Shown: positions 31,067 to 41,305 of the stretch, piece after piece
How the letters are laid out: each line of letters starts with the position of its first letter
Position numbering within the stretch: position 1 is the first letter of the stretch
Virus record (IMG/VR): IMGVR_UViG_3300047567_000025
Coordinates: 96,001 to 160,000 of that record
Strand: one strand, 5' to 3'
Length of the DNA stretch: 64,000 nt
Source of the DNA: a virus
Taxonomy: Duplodnaviria; Caudoviricetes
Notes under the pieces: generated by a model
What the model saw: the letters and a program-made list of their open reading frames with translations, nothing else
Databases searched by the model: none
What the model was told of the DNA's origin: nothing
Position numbers and translations under genes: made by a program

Positions 31067-31531
31067 TTATTTCTTTTTATGTCTGAAAGAGTAACGTGGC
31101 AATTCCTCGTTAAATAGTATGTATCTAACATAGTCGTCTAATAGTATAGCTAATCCACTTAAAAATATCCAGTAAAAAGAATCCTTCAAACATATTTGCC
31201 CGAGTAAATTGAAAGGTCTATCTGAATAATCCCACACATTCCATCCTAATATAATATTCACAATTATACCTGTTATGAATTCAAGTACTGTTATAATACC
31301 TGCTCCAAGTAGGCATTGATATTGAAACAACATGTCCCAACTAACCCGTTCATTAATTAATCCGACTATTACAAAACAAAAGCCACCTAATAAGTACATG
31401 CTCCAATGTGAATAGCCCCTTGCAAGTATTTCAATCATATAATATATGAATCCGCCAAGATTAAATAATAGCATAAATTCGAATAAATTATTAGTTACTT
31501 GTCGTTTCATTGGATATCTCTCCTTCATCAC
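31067..31531 (-). CDS. putative ABC-transporter type IV (CmpB-like) membrane protein
   Basis: GGFIYYMIEIL.RGYSHWSM...ITVLEFITG..VN..LG..VWDYS..PFNLLGQICL. Confidence 0.75.
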   Translation of the reverse strand: MMKERYPMKRQVTNNLFEFMLLFNLGGFIYYMIEILARGYSHWSMYLLGGFCFVIVGLINERVSWDMLFQYQCLLGAGIITVLEFITGIIVNIILGWNVWDYSDRPFNLLGQICLKDSFYWIFLSGLAILLDDYVRYILFNEELPRYSFRHKKK

Positions 31532-32234
31532 ATATTCCAGTCATAACTGAGCTATCTTTTTTATAGATGTCATTGAGAATATTCATATCAAACTTTGGTA
31601 AAAATACTGTTGGATCAAAGCTATCATCAACAACACTTATGCTGAAATTAAAACCTGATGTGATTTGCTCAAATGCTGTTTTGAATTCTCCAGTAAGCGC
31701 ATCTCCGTAATTAATAACTGATATTGCAGCAGTGTCATTGATTGTTTTTATTTGAGCCTTAAGCATGTTGAAATACGTTGTGTGAAATGCTATAAAAGCA
31801 GATGCCGTCTCTGTTATGTTTATAATTTCATCAGCGCTATATTGACGACACATCTGACCATCTGCATGATAAAAAATTGGAGTTGTTGGTGATAACTTTG
31901 CTACAGTTTCTAACTTCATTAAATTAATTTGGTCATTTGGTTTCAATGAATAATTTTCACCATTGAAAGATATACCATTTTCAATTAGTTTGTTACATAT
32001 AGCACTCATATTCTGTATTTTAACATTCCGAACTTCTTCCAATATAGAATCCATGATATTGTCATTCTTTATAAATTCATTATTAATAAATTTATATTTA
32101 AATATATCTTTTAAAACGTCAAGAGGTATCTCATCGGGATTTACTTCATAACCATTTTCAGTAGGTTTAACACCCACTGAAATAACTTCAACGATATTGT
32201 TATTATTGTCAGTGCGTATATACATTTTAATCAC
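31491..32234 (-). CDS. DUF4376-like tail-fibre associated protein
   Basis: KI..MS..C...IENG...YSL...DQINL...YHADG..CR.YS...HTTYFN.LK; next to fibre genes. Confidence 0.65.
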   Translation of the reverse strand: MIKMYIRTDNNNNIVEVISVGVKPTENGYEVNPDEIPLDVLKDIFKYKFINNEFIKNDNIMDSILEEVRNVKIQNMSAICNKLIENGISFNGENYSLKPNDQINLMKLETVAKLSPTTPIFYHADGQMCRQYSADEIINITETASAFIAFHTTYFNMLKAQIKTINDTAAISVINYGDALTGEFKTAFEQITSGFNFSISVVDDSFDPTVFLPKFDMNILNDIYKKDSSVMTGICDEGEISNETTSN

Positions 32235-32246
32235 CTCTGTAAGTAA

Positions 32247-33212
32247 TTACAATAACATTGAGCAGCCATATATTTTTTGAATGCTGCACGCAGTTTGTGT
32301 CACTGCATCATAGCCGTATGTGGTTGTTCCTTTAATTACATATGCTGACATTGTTGCTGTGACCGTAGTGTTGTTCACGGATATACAGCATGATGAAACT
32401 TTCGCGTTATTATTAGACGCACCATATTGCGGTGACATACCAATTGCTGCTGTTGTTATAGCTGTCGCAGATGCAGTATCAGGACATTTTGCTTCTACAT
32501 AGTGTACACCCGTACTATCACTGATTTGGATAAGAAGATATTCAAAATTATTTGATGCCGAATTAATTGTAACTGTACCAGACCCTGATCCACTATATAG
32601 CAACGATGGTGACAATGAATTACCACCAGTCGATACGGTACCTGTCGGTGTTGTTGTTTCTGGAGTATTACTTGTGACAAGGGTTGCGTGATAATATTCG
32701 CTACTGCTTTGCTGCGCAAGAATTGTTACTCCTATACGACCATATCTCGGTATTCTCCTATAAACATATAATGTCCATACATTATTTGTAGAAGCAACAA
32801 TAACATCGCCTTCGTTGAATCCATATCTAGTCATCCATTTTAATGTCTGAACATAAAGCGTTGTAGTGTTATTACATCTAATATGCACATGTATTATTCC
32901 ACATTCCTGATCTCCATAGCCCGATTGCAATAATACAGTTAGAACTTGATCATTACTTCCGACTAAGCTACATGTTATCGCAGCATACCAACCGGTATTA
33001 TTACCCGCATCACTACTGCCAACAAATGACGAGCCAATATCTTTTATAGTTGTAGCAACACCAGACCAGCATACATTATCAAAATCATCATACCATTTTG
33101 CAATCGTACCAAGTGTATTTGATAAATTTGATCCAGAATTAATGTTTGATCTAACGCTTGCATGTGTAAATGTCGGGTATACTTTAACCTTGTTAAGTGT
33201 TTTTGTAGGCAT
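32247..33212 (-). CDS. tail fibre / receptor-binding protein (distal)
   Basis: N-terminus similar to that of 33305..34474; beta-rich S/T/G composition. Confidence 0.6.
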   Translation of the reverse strand: MPTKTLNKVKVYPTFTHASVRSNINSGSNLSNTLGTIAKWYDDFDNVCWSGVATTIKDIGSSFVGSSDAGNNTGWYAAITCSLVGSNDQVLTVLLQSGYGDQECGIIHVHIRCNNTTTLYVQTLKWMTRYGFNEGDVIVASTNNVWTLYVYRRIPRYGRIGVTILAQQSSSEYYHATLVTSNTPETTTPTGTVSTGGNSLSPSLLYSGSGSGTVTINSASNNFEYLLIQISDSTGVHYVEAKCPDTASATAITTAAIGMSPQYGASNNNAKVSSCCISVNNTTVTATMSAYVIKGTTTYGYDAVTQTACSIQKIYGCSMLL

Positions 33213-33244
33213 AGTTCTCCTCCTTGCTAATAAGCTAATTTATG

Positions 33245-33277
33245 TATGAAATTGGAGCAAATAAGCTCCAATTTCAT
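33245..33277. terminator. hairpin between fibre genes
   Basis: TATGAAATTGGAGC-AAATAA-GCTCCAATTTCAT. Confidence 0.65.
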
Positions 33278-33304
33278 AATAATATATTCATTATATAAGT
33301 TACT

Positions 33305-34474
33305 TTAATCTGCGATGCAGTTAAGTACTAATGTGTCAGCAGCAACAACTGGTTCACTAGTCCATGTACCGTTGCCTCTTAAAAATGTGCCTTGGTAACC
33401 TGCAGCTGGTATTGGAACTAAACCAGCTGTACCTGCAGAACCTGCGGTTGCACCTGTAAAAATATTATATGTTGTATCTTGTGCCGGTATTCCAAGTCCT
33501 GTTATATCTGCTTTCGCGATAGCTTCTGATCCTGTAACATGTCCTTGTGCATCATATTTGACTTTAAGAAGTGACGCTGTTGTTACTGCTGAAACCGAAT
33601 TGCTATGATTAATAGTTGTTCCTGATTTAGATAATCCGGAACCAGCTGTAGTAATAGCACCATCAATATTAGTTTGTGCTACTGTCCAGTCTGCATTAAC
33701 ATTACCAGTTCCTGCTCTATCAACAAGAGCGATAATTAAATCTCCTACCTCACAAGTGGCTCCAGCATAAGTTCCTGCTGTTATAACTCGATATGTCCAA
33801 CCTATGTTATATGTCGTAGGAAGTGCTGTAATAGTACCACTGGTACCGAGAGTTCCTTTGAATATCATAGCATCACTTGCAGCAATTCCGCTTGATATAG
33901 CTGACTGAACAAACGCAGTTGTTGCTAGTTGTGTTGTATTTGTTCCAGCGGCAGCTGTTGGTGCTGTTGGAGTTCCAGTAAACGCAGGACTTGCTATAGC
34001 AGCTAAAGATGCTATAGTGTGATATAAGTTTGTAACCTCTGTAATTGCATGTGTATGTGTTTTGGCAGCATAATTAGTAGCAATATCAGTGATGTTTGCA
34101 ACAGTATGTGTATGTGATGCTGTCGCATATGCTGTACTTGCTGTATATGCAGCTGTTCCAAGACCGTGTACTGTAACCGGAGTAGCAGTACCGCCATTTA
34201 CTGAGACATTAAACTTTCCGTTTGTAGTTCCTTCACTAAAAGTATATGTTGTATCAGTGTACTCAGCTCCAGCAGGAACATCAGAATTTACAGTATGTCC
34301 ATTTACTGTTGCTGCATCCCCAGTCCAAACGACAGAATTAAAATCAGTAAACCATTTGGAGATTTTACCAAGGCTGTTTGCAAGGTTTTCACCAGATGCG
34401 ATATTATCAGTATGAGTGGTTGCCGTTGTAAATGTAAAGTATGCTTTAACATTATCAAAAGTTTTTGTTGACAT
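33305..34474 (-). CDS. tail fibre protein
   Basis: SPAFTGTPTAPTAAAGTNTTQLATTAFV fibre motif, HTH(T/A) repeats, GLVPIPAAG...FLRGNGTW. Confidence 0.8.
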   Translation of the reverse strand: MSTKTFDNVKAYFTFTTATTHTDNIASGENLANSLGKISKWFTDFNSVVWTGDAATVNGHTVNSDVPAGAEYTDTTYTFSEGTTNGKFNVSVNGGTATPVTVHGLGTAAYTASTAYATASHTHTVANITDIATNYAAKTHTHAITEVTNLYHTIASLAAIASPAFTGTPTAPTAAAGTNTTQLATTAFVQSAISSGIAASDAMIFKGTLGTSGTITALPTTYNIGWTYRVITAGTYAGATCEVGDLIIALVDRAGTGNVNADWTVAQTNIDGAITTAGSGLSKSGTTINHSNSVSAVTTASLLKVKYDAQGHVTGSEAIAKADITGLGIPAQDTTYNIFTGATAGSAGTAGLVPIPAAGYQGTFLRGNGTWTSEPVVAADTLVLNCIAD

Positions 34475-34495
34475 AATTCAATTCCTTTCTAATTA

Positions 34496-35161
34496 CTAAC
34501 GACAGTTAAGCGTCAAGTCGTCAGTAGACTTTATGTAATCACTATTGATCAAATCGAGTGTTGATTTATCTTCAGCACTATATGACGCTGTCGTTTTGTC
34601 CAATATATCTTTGTTAATATGCTTGTGTATCTGTCCGGAATTAATAAAATCATTTAATCGCACATCAATCTTTCCAATTTGTTCGTCGACATATTTTATT
34701 TTTGCATATTCCGAAAGATCTATATGAGTATTCGTTGTACCCAGCAGTTCCCATTTCAAATCAACAGACCAGATATACTCACCGAGGATAGTTTCCTTAT
34801 TGACAACTTCTGGAGAATCAACAACAAACCATACATCACCAATAAGATTTCCTTCTTGTGGCAATTCATATTTTGTTTGTTTTTTACCACATATTCTCAT
34901 TATATTGCCGATATTATTTATCGCTGCGGTAATTAATGATTTAGTTTCATCTTTAGTGAAATAATTTGTTAAGTCGATCTGATCTGTTACATATGGCAGT
35001 TCAATAAAGTTTTTATTTCCCTCACCAATCTTTATATTAGTCTTCCCTGTTGGTGTTAGCTCGACACATAGAACACCTGTTGGGATAATTTGATATTGAA
35101 AAGAACTTCTAGACCATTGTTCTGATGTACGCACGATATGTGTTAAGTCTTCTTGTGCCAC
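34496..35161 (-). CDS. tail fibre proximal/adaptor protein (Mtd/hyaluronidase N-terminal-like domain)
   Basis: W...IIPTGVLCVE...KIGEG...ELPY; DLTNYFTK and DLSEYAK motifs. Confidence 0.65.
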   Translation of the reverse strand: MAQEDLTHIVRTSEQWSRSSFQYQIIPTGVLCVELTPTGKTNIKIGEGNKNFIELPYVTDQIDLTNYFTKDETKSLITAAINNIGNIMRICGKKQTKYELPQEGNLIGDVWFVVDSPEVVNKETILGEYIWSVDLKWELLGTTNTHIDLSEYAKIKYVDEQIGKIDVRLNDFINSGQIHKHINKDILDKTTASYSAEDKSTLDLINSDYIKSTDDLTLNCR

Positions 35162-35195
35162 GATAATCTAACACCTCTTTCACTAATGCATTCAA

Positions 35196-36332
35196 TTACA
35201 CAGATGACTTTTCTAGTGCTGTTACGCGCACATCAAGTGATGCTATGTTGGTTTTATTAGTATTAATCAAATTACTGTGATCGGTTAATGTTGTATTGAT
35301 AGTATTGATAGCTGCTGCTGTTTTTACATCATCAGCAGTCAGTGATGTTATATCGCTCTTAAGCTGAGTAATCTCTGATAAAAATGTAGCATTCTCTGCT
35401 TTGAGTGTTTCAATAGAAGCTTTTAAATCAGCAATAACAGCTTCTGTCGGCTCATTAAGTGCCTCCCATACAGTGAATGTGTTTTCAGTCGATATAACAT
35501 TTGACATATATGCATTAAAAGAAACTTTCAGTCGTGTAGTTAGATTTGACTGGAATGCAAATGCTTTATTGATATCACATGATGCTATTAAAAGCTCACC
35601 GTCTGCTGTTGTATTAACAATCGTCTCATGCTGTATGGCAATCTTTGCGTTCGTATTAATAAATTGATAATATGGATTTAAACCTTCTGAAATATGACTC
35701 TGTGTATCGATATAATCAACATATGCTTCTATCTTAGTAAGCGTTAAAGTATATAATCCCTGATAATCCATTGCCGGAATATTTGTAACAAGTAAATTTG
35801 TGCAAGACGTTACAAGATAATCATCAATATCAGTTGCATGTAATTTCATATCATGTGATGTTACAATTTCAGAGTCCTCTCGTATTGTTCCGCCTTGTGA
35901 ATCTGTTATTGTATAATATAACTTGAATTTTGTAAAAGATTTCACAACAGGAAGAATACCATTTAATGTTTTATATTTATTTTGCATTATTTGTACGAGA
36001 TAATGATTCATGACAGCATTAGCATTGTGTGAATTTGTCATATCAAATGTTGCTTGAAGATTAAGGCATGAGTCTTCTGGTCGTTGCACAACTTTTGTGA
36101 TTATATTTTCTGATACGGAAGTAAACTGTCCATATTTAACAGATGTATTATCATAAACATATGGAATACTATTTACAATTGTGAATGCATTTTCTTTCAT
36201 AAAACCACTAGCGTTATGTGCCGGCGGTGGTGGCGGTGGAACCATGTGTTTGCAGCAATCACAATTATAATGATTATTATTCATGAATGGAAATGAAGGA
36301 TTTCCACATTCACATTGTGACATATTATACAT
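35196..36332 (-). CDS. putative virion structural protein with C-terminal coiled coil
   Basis: In the late operon; heptads ending LDVRVTALE. Confidence 0.55.
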   Translation of the reverse strand: MYNMSQCECGNPSFPFMNNNHYNCDCCKHMVPPPPPPAHNASGFMKENAFTIVNSIPYVYDNTSVKYGQFTSVSENIITKVVQRPEDSCLNLQATFDMTNSHNANAVMNHYLVQIMQNKYKTLNGILPVVKSFTKFKLYYTITDSQGGTIREDSEIVTSHDMKLHATDIDDYLVTSCTNLLVTNIPAMDYQGLYTLTLTKIEAYVDYIDTQSHISEGLNPYYQFINTNAKIAIQHETIVNTTADGELLIASCDINKAFAFQSNLTTRLKVSFNAYMSNVISTENTFTVWEALNEPTEAVIADLKASIETLKAENATFLSEITQLKSDITSLTADDVKTAAAINTINTTLTDHSNLINTNKTNIASLDVRVTALEKSSV

Positions 36333-36349
36333 ATAAATCGACTCCTTTG

Positions 36350-37630
36350 TTATTTGATTTTTAATGTTTGTTTAATAATATAAATGATAATAGGTGTCCA
36401 TAAATATATCTCTTTTGACATAGAATTGTCAAATAATTGGTCACCTGTATAGAGTGACAATTTGCTTATATCAGTAATCTTGCCATGAATAAAGTCATGA
36501 ATTATTGATATATAATCGTATCGCTTTAACTTGTAATGCGAAATACATTCATTTTTAAGAGCACAGCATGGACAGTCACATATATGACATTGCCGTGTGT
36601 CATATTCATTCTCAAGTATTGAATGCACTTCAAATGGAAAAAATCTATCGCATCGTTCTGAATTACACCATGCATCGTCAGGTATCATTACGTCAACATC
36701 AGCACCATATCGAGCAAATGATGAATCAGTGTAATCATATCCTTTCATAGTATGATATTTAAATGTCTCTAGATATCTCAACGGTGCATCACGCTCAATC
36801 CATTTATATGGTGATTTCTGATACAACATGTCGATTCGTGGATCATTAACTTTGTTATTGTTTAATACAATATTACCATTAGAATCATCACGAATCATAA
36901 TACCGTGTTTTCCCATAAATGTATTTCCACATAAATCAAACAGTGATACTCCATCTAGATGACAAATAAAGCAGTTATGTATTTTGTCATAAAACTGTGC
37001 TATATATGATTCAATCATATCATTTGTCATTGATATCAATCTTGATCGGAGTTCATAATCTTCTTTACCAATTATAGGTGTTAGATCATTACCGCCTATC
37101 GTTTGAAGATCCATTACATATTCACTGACAGTCTGTCTTTTTAGATGATTAATGTCATCTTCATTTGTTGAGAATAAGCTATATGAAATCTTATACGATC
37201 CATCTGTATTAAGGCCATCCTGCATAACTTGTGTAACACGCATTAAATGATTCATTCGTAAATGATTTACTATAAAAAAATCATTCTCTCGTGGCATTAC
37301 AGTACCGGGTATTATAAAAGCATCGCCATTTAAATTATAATTCCGAACTTGTGTTGTAGATGCATTTCCTTCTTCAGGATTTAATGGTGAAAAACCCAAC
37401 AGAATCATATTTTCAATTCTATTATATCTCAACGGGGAGTCTGCACCAAGTATCTGATAAGCATCTCCCATTCCTAATGATGTTGATGTTTGCGCATCAT
37501 TACAACTGAAATATGTCACAATGGTTCTTCCACTGCCGGTATATTTATTTATACGGCTATGTAGAAACTTATCATATTTATACATTTGGGAATCAACTAA
37601 TGCATTCTCATCATATATCAAACCAGCCAA
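36350..37630 (-). CDS. putative virion structural protein
   Basis: 426-aa ORF heading the tail operon; late motif AAACCGCTTCATAA at 37683..37696. Confidence 0.55.
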   Translation of the reverse strand: MAGLIYDENALVDSQMYKYDKFLHSRINKYTGSGRTIVTYFSCNDAQTSTSLGMGDAYQILGADSPLRYNRIENMILLGFSPLNPEEGNASTTQVRNYNLNGDAFIIPGTVMPRENDFFIVNHLRMNHLMRVTQVMQDGLNTDGSYKISYSLFSTNEDDINHLKRQTVSEYVMDLQTIGGNDLTPIIGKEDYELRSRLISMTNDMIESYIAQFYDKIHNCFICHLDGVSLFDLCGNTFMGKHGIMIRDDSNGNIVLNNNKVNDPRIDMLYQKSPYKWIERDAPLRYLETFKYHTMKGYDYTDSSFARYGADVDVMIPDDAWCNSERCDRFFPFEVHSILENEYDTRQCHICDCPCCALKNECISHYKLKRYDYISIIHDFIHGKITDISKLSLYTGDQLFDNSMSKEIYLWTPIIIYIIKQTLKIK

Positions 37631-37704
37631 TTAAATCAGTCCTTTCTTCTGTAATTTGAATAGTGCATAGTTCTATCCATGATTATGAAGCGGTTTCACT
37701 ATAC

Positions 37705-38422
37705 TACATTTCTATTTCTATTTTTTTATTTTCTAAACATATATTTTTATAATGTAGGGGTTGATGTAATATAGTGATAATTACATCAATGGAAAAGTTG
37801 TGATATTAGATAATTAAAGATTAGAAAGCTAAGTAAGTAAGCTAATATTACATTTCTATTTCTATTTCTATTTTTTTATTTTCTAAACATATATTTTTAT
37901 AATGTAGGGGTTGATGTAATATAGTGATAATTACATCAGTGGAAAAGGTGTGATATTAGACTAATTAAAGATTAGAAAGCTAATAAGCTAATATTACATT
38001 TCTATTTCTATTTTTTTATTTTCTAAACATATATTTTTATAATGTAGGGGTTGATGTAATATAGTGATAATTACATCAGTGGAAAGAGTTGTGATATTAG
38101 ATAATTAAAGATTAGAAAGCTAAGTAAGCTTAATAAGCTAATATTACATTTCTATTTCTATTTCTATTTTTTTATTTTCTAAACATATATTTTTATAATG
38201 TATTGATGTAATATAGTGATAATTACATCTGGAAAAGTTGTGATATTAGATAATTAAAGATTAGAAAGCTAATAAGCTAATATTACATTTCTATTTCTAT
38301 TTTTTTATTTTCTAAACATATATTTTTATAATGTAGGGGTTGATGTAATATAGTGATAATTACATCAGTGAAAGAGGTGAGGATATTAGATAATTAAAGA
38401 TTAGAAAGCTAAGTAAGCTAAT
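37705..38422 (+). repeat. tandem array 2: five 137-152 bp units (inverted relative to array 1)
   Basis: Hairpin TGATGTAAT-ATAGTGATA-ATTACATC(A) at 37762, 37912, 38052, 38204, 38341; unit 4 lacks GGGG. Confidence 0.97.
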
Positions 38423-38443
38423 ACTACAGAAAGAAGGTATCAT

Positions 38444-39643
38444 TTGATTATGAATGAAGAACAGAAATATGTTACACCAATAGAAGAGCTTGATAAGATA
38501 ATCGAGCAAATAGATATGGGTATTGAGCCAATGATGACTGATCAGATGTCACTGGAAGTAAAGCTTCGTTATAAAGAACTGCAGAATGAATTATTTGACG
38601 AAGATGATTCGAATGATGTTGATGTTCAGCGACATCGTGAAATGATGAAAGAACATATCGCAAAAAAGAAAAGAGAAGCAACAAAACAAGATGTATTGAT
38701 AATCTCATTATCAGATGAACAGAAAAGAAAACTTAGAGCTGATATGGAAACCTCTATAGTTCGTAGTAATCCCAATATACAATATAACATACCTGATGAA
38801 AAACTATATTCATCAGAGGAATTACGAATTGTAAGACAGAAATTATCTAGAATCAAAAATTGCTATTACAATCAGATCGATTACATTAATGCGGTTAGTA
38901 TTGTGAGAGAAGCAATTGATTATTCATTACGTAGTGACTATCCTTGGATGTCTAGAGAGGAAGCTGTCAAAGCTTTTAATTCTGGCGAAATAAAATTCTC
39001 TTATTGTAACATGCCTAAATTATTTATTAACTATCAAACGCAGATAACTGATCCTGAAATACTTAAGGGAATTGTAACAGGAGACGTTATTCTCAAGGAC
39101 AAAAATGATACGGCTGAATTTAAGAGTAAGAAAAACGAGAAGTGTAATCCAATTAATGCCGAGTATAATATAACTGGCGATACAGAATATAACGAAATGC
39201 TCAGCCTTCATAAACAGGGCTATGATACTCCTATGTCTGTTGTTATTAAATCAAAATCAACGGTATATAATAGATATGCATTACCATCATCAAATCGATT
39301 TGCTATTGGTAATAATAAAGATAATATTAACGATAAATCGATATTGTTTGATTGGTCTAAGCCTGGAGCAGGCAAAGATTATTATAATTTTATTCATAAT
39401 AAGAAATATCAAGTATCAGAAATAATTCATGACATTAATGATGATAATGATGGCTTATTAAATAATATTGTATCAACCAATGCTATACAATTTCTTGGCA
39501 GTATGACTAATGATCCAAATAAGTATACAAATAGCTATAATGATAATAACTTCATATCGACATCATTACATGTTAATCAAGAAGCAGCACAGGTTGAGCA
39601 TGATATTTTAAATGCAATAAGAGCTAATAATCCAACGAAATAA
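38444..39643 (+). CDS. hypothetical protein (399 aa)
   Basis: Long ORF with SD GAAGG immediately after array 2. Confidence 0.7.
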   Translation: MIMNEEQKYVTPIEELDKIIEQIDMGIEPMMTDQMSLEVKLRYKELQNELFDEDDSNDVDVQRHREMMKEHIAKKKREATKQDVLIISLSDEQKRKLRADMETSIVRSNPNIQYNIPDEKLYSSEELRIVRQKLSRIKNCYYNQIDYINAVSIVREAIDYSLRSDYPWMSREEAVKAFNSGEIKFSYCNMPKLFINYQTQITDPEILKGIVTGDVILKDKNDTAEFKSKKNEKCNPINAEYNITGDTEYNEMLSLHKQGYDTPMSVVIKSKSTVYNRYALPSSNRFAIGNNKDNINDKSILFDWSKPGAGKDYYNFIHNKKYQVSEIIHDINDDNDGLLNNIVSTNAIQFLGSMTNDPNKYTNSYNDNNFISTSLHVNQEAAQVEHDILNAIRANNPTK

Positions 39644-39654
39644 AAATTATATTT

Positions 39655-39700
39655 AATGCAATAACATCTTATTTGTGAGATGTTATTGCATTTATTTTTT
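39655..39700 (+). terminator. long hairpin terminator
   Basis: AATGCAATAACATCT...AGATGTTATTGCATT followed by a T run. Confidence 0.7.
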
Positions 39701-39844
39701 TTAGTAAGTACAATCATATAATATCCGTTAGGATATTGATTTCTTTTCATTAGTATTCTGGTATATTTCATATGCCAGAAGAATTCCTCCATTCTTCTTT
39801 TTTATATTCAATCGGGGCAATATGCCCCGATTGTATTATTATTA

Positions 39845-40012
39845 CATTTTTTCTATGCTGAGAGAGAGAGAGAGAGAGAGTATAGTTTGAATTGATTATT
39901 CCTATTATTTTAATTTTTCAAATATATATTATTAATATGAATAAAAGAATAGCAATCAATATTTAAAAGCAATCACAGAGCTGTATATCTGTGAAGAAAG
40001 AGGCATATTATG
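39845..40012 (+). promoter_or_regulatory. cassette left end: promoter + hairpin-SD leader (copy 3), including a (GA)10 tract
   Basis: Homologous to 54526..54706 over about 170 bp. Confidence 0.85.
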
Positions 40013-40971
40013 ATGAATGATTATTTAACAATAGTAAATGGAGTAGTAATTGATTGCAATACTACTGATGTAACTGATGTTGTTATTCCTGATGGAGTAA
40101 CATCTATAGGAGACCGTGCTTTTAGATTTCATAAAAGTCTTGAATCAATTACAATCCCTGATAGCGTTACATCTATAGAAAATAGTGTTTTCTATAGATG
40201 TGAAAGTCTCAAAAGCATTGAAATCCCCAATAGCGTAACAACTATTGGGAACTATGCTTTTGCATATTGTAAAAGCCTTAAAAGCGTTATCATTCCTAAT
40301 AGCGTTAAAACTATAAAAGAGGGCTCATAGATGTGAAAGTCTCAAAAGCATTGAAATCCCCAATAGCGTAACAACTATTGGGAAATGCTTTTGCATATTG
40401 TGAAAATCTTAAAAACATCACAATCCCTAATAGTGTTACACATATTGAGGGTAGTGCTTTTGAAGGTTGCTTTAATCTTGAAAGTATTATTATTCCTAAT
40501 AGCGTTACATCTATAGAAAATAGTGTTTTCTATAGATGTGAAAGTCTCAAAAGCATTGAAATCCCCAATAGCGTAACAACTATTGGGAACTATGCTTTTG
40601 CATATTGTGAAAATCTTAAAAACATCACAATCCCTAATAGCGTTACATCTATAGAAAATAGTGTTTTCTATGAATGTGAAAGTCTTGAAGAAATTACAAT
40701 CCCTAATAGTGTTACAACTATAGAAGATATGGTGTTTGAAGGTTGCTCTAATCTTAAAACAATTACAATCCCTAACAGCGTTAAGCTTATAGGAGACGGT
40801 GCTTTTGCATATTGTAAAAGTCTTAAAAGCATTACAATCCCTAATAGCGTAACATCTATAAACATTGAAGCTTTCTATGGCCGTGCAAATGTCGTGATTC
40901 ACTGTTATAAAAATTCATATGCAGAGGAATATGCAAAGAAAAATAATATTCCTTACAAGATTATTGATTAA
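40010..40971 (+). pseudogene. BspA-type leucine-rich repeat (LRR_5) protein with two frameshifts
   Basis: 23-aa repeats IP(N/D)SVT.I...AF..C.SL.SI continue through three frames, with breaks near 40325 and 40383. Confidence 0.8.
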
Positions 40972-40987
40972 AATAACAAACAATAAT

Positions 40988-41035
40988 AAAGCCATCACAG
41001 AGCTGTATAATCTGTGAAGAAAGAGGTATATTATG
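40988..41035 (+). promoter_or_regulatory. hairpin-SD leader (copy 4), with no promoter of its own
   Basis: AAAGCCATCACAGAGCTGTATAATCTGTGAAGAAAGAGGTATATTATG identical to copy 1. Confidence 0.85.
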
Positions 41036-41242
41036 ACGAACTCTTTTAAAATAGCATTAGCTATTACAGGCGGAGTTGTTGCGGTTGAAGCAACAATATC
41101 AAAAGCATATAGACTTGGAAAAGTTAAAGGCGCGGAAGAATTCTCAATATACATTAAGAACAAAGAAGCTCAAGAAAGACAGCAGGAAGAAGAATACGAA
41201 GACTTAGACAGAACTTTGAAGAATATACATTCATTAAATTAA
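41033..41242 (+). CDS. small protein with N-terminal hydrophobic segment
   Basis: Preceded by the conserved leader; IALAITGGVVAV followed by a charged tail. Confidence 0.65.
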   Translation: MTNSFKIALAITGGVVAVEATISKAYRLGKVKGAEEFSIYIKNKEAQERQQEEEYEDLDRTLKNIHSLN

Positions 41243-41303
41243 TAAATAAAAAAATAAAAGTAGGAACGGGGGCTGTTGCCCCCGTCACCGAAATTATTTT
41301 TTT
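41241..41303 (+). terminator. cassette right end / terminator
   Basis: AATAAATAAAAAAATAAAAGTAGGAACGGGGGCTGTTGCCCCCGTCACCGAAATTATTTTTT; near-identical to 55353..55417. Confidence 0.85.
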
Positions 41304-41305
41304 AT

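Noticed and set aside
39577-39792. 71-aa minus-strand ORF
   Set aside because: It runs through a terminator hairpin into the convergent gene and has a weak SD.
40010-40971. Diversity-generating retroelement target/template pair
   Set aside because: The repeats are ordinary LRR units without adenine-specific mismatches, and no reverse transcriptase is seen.
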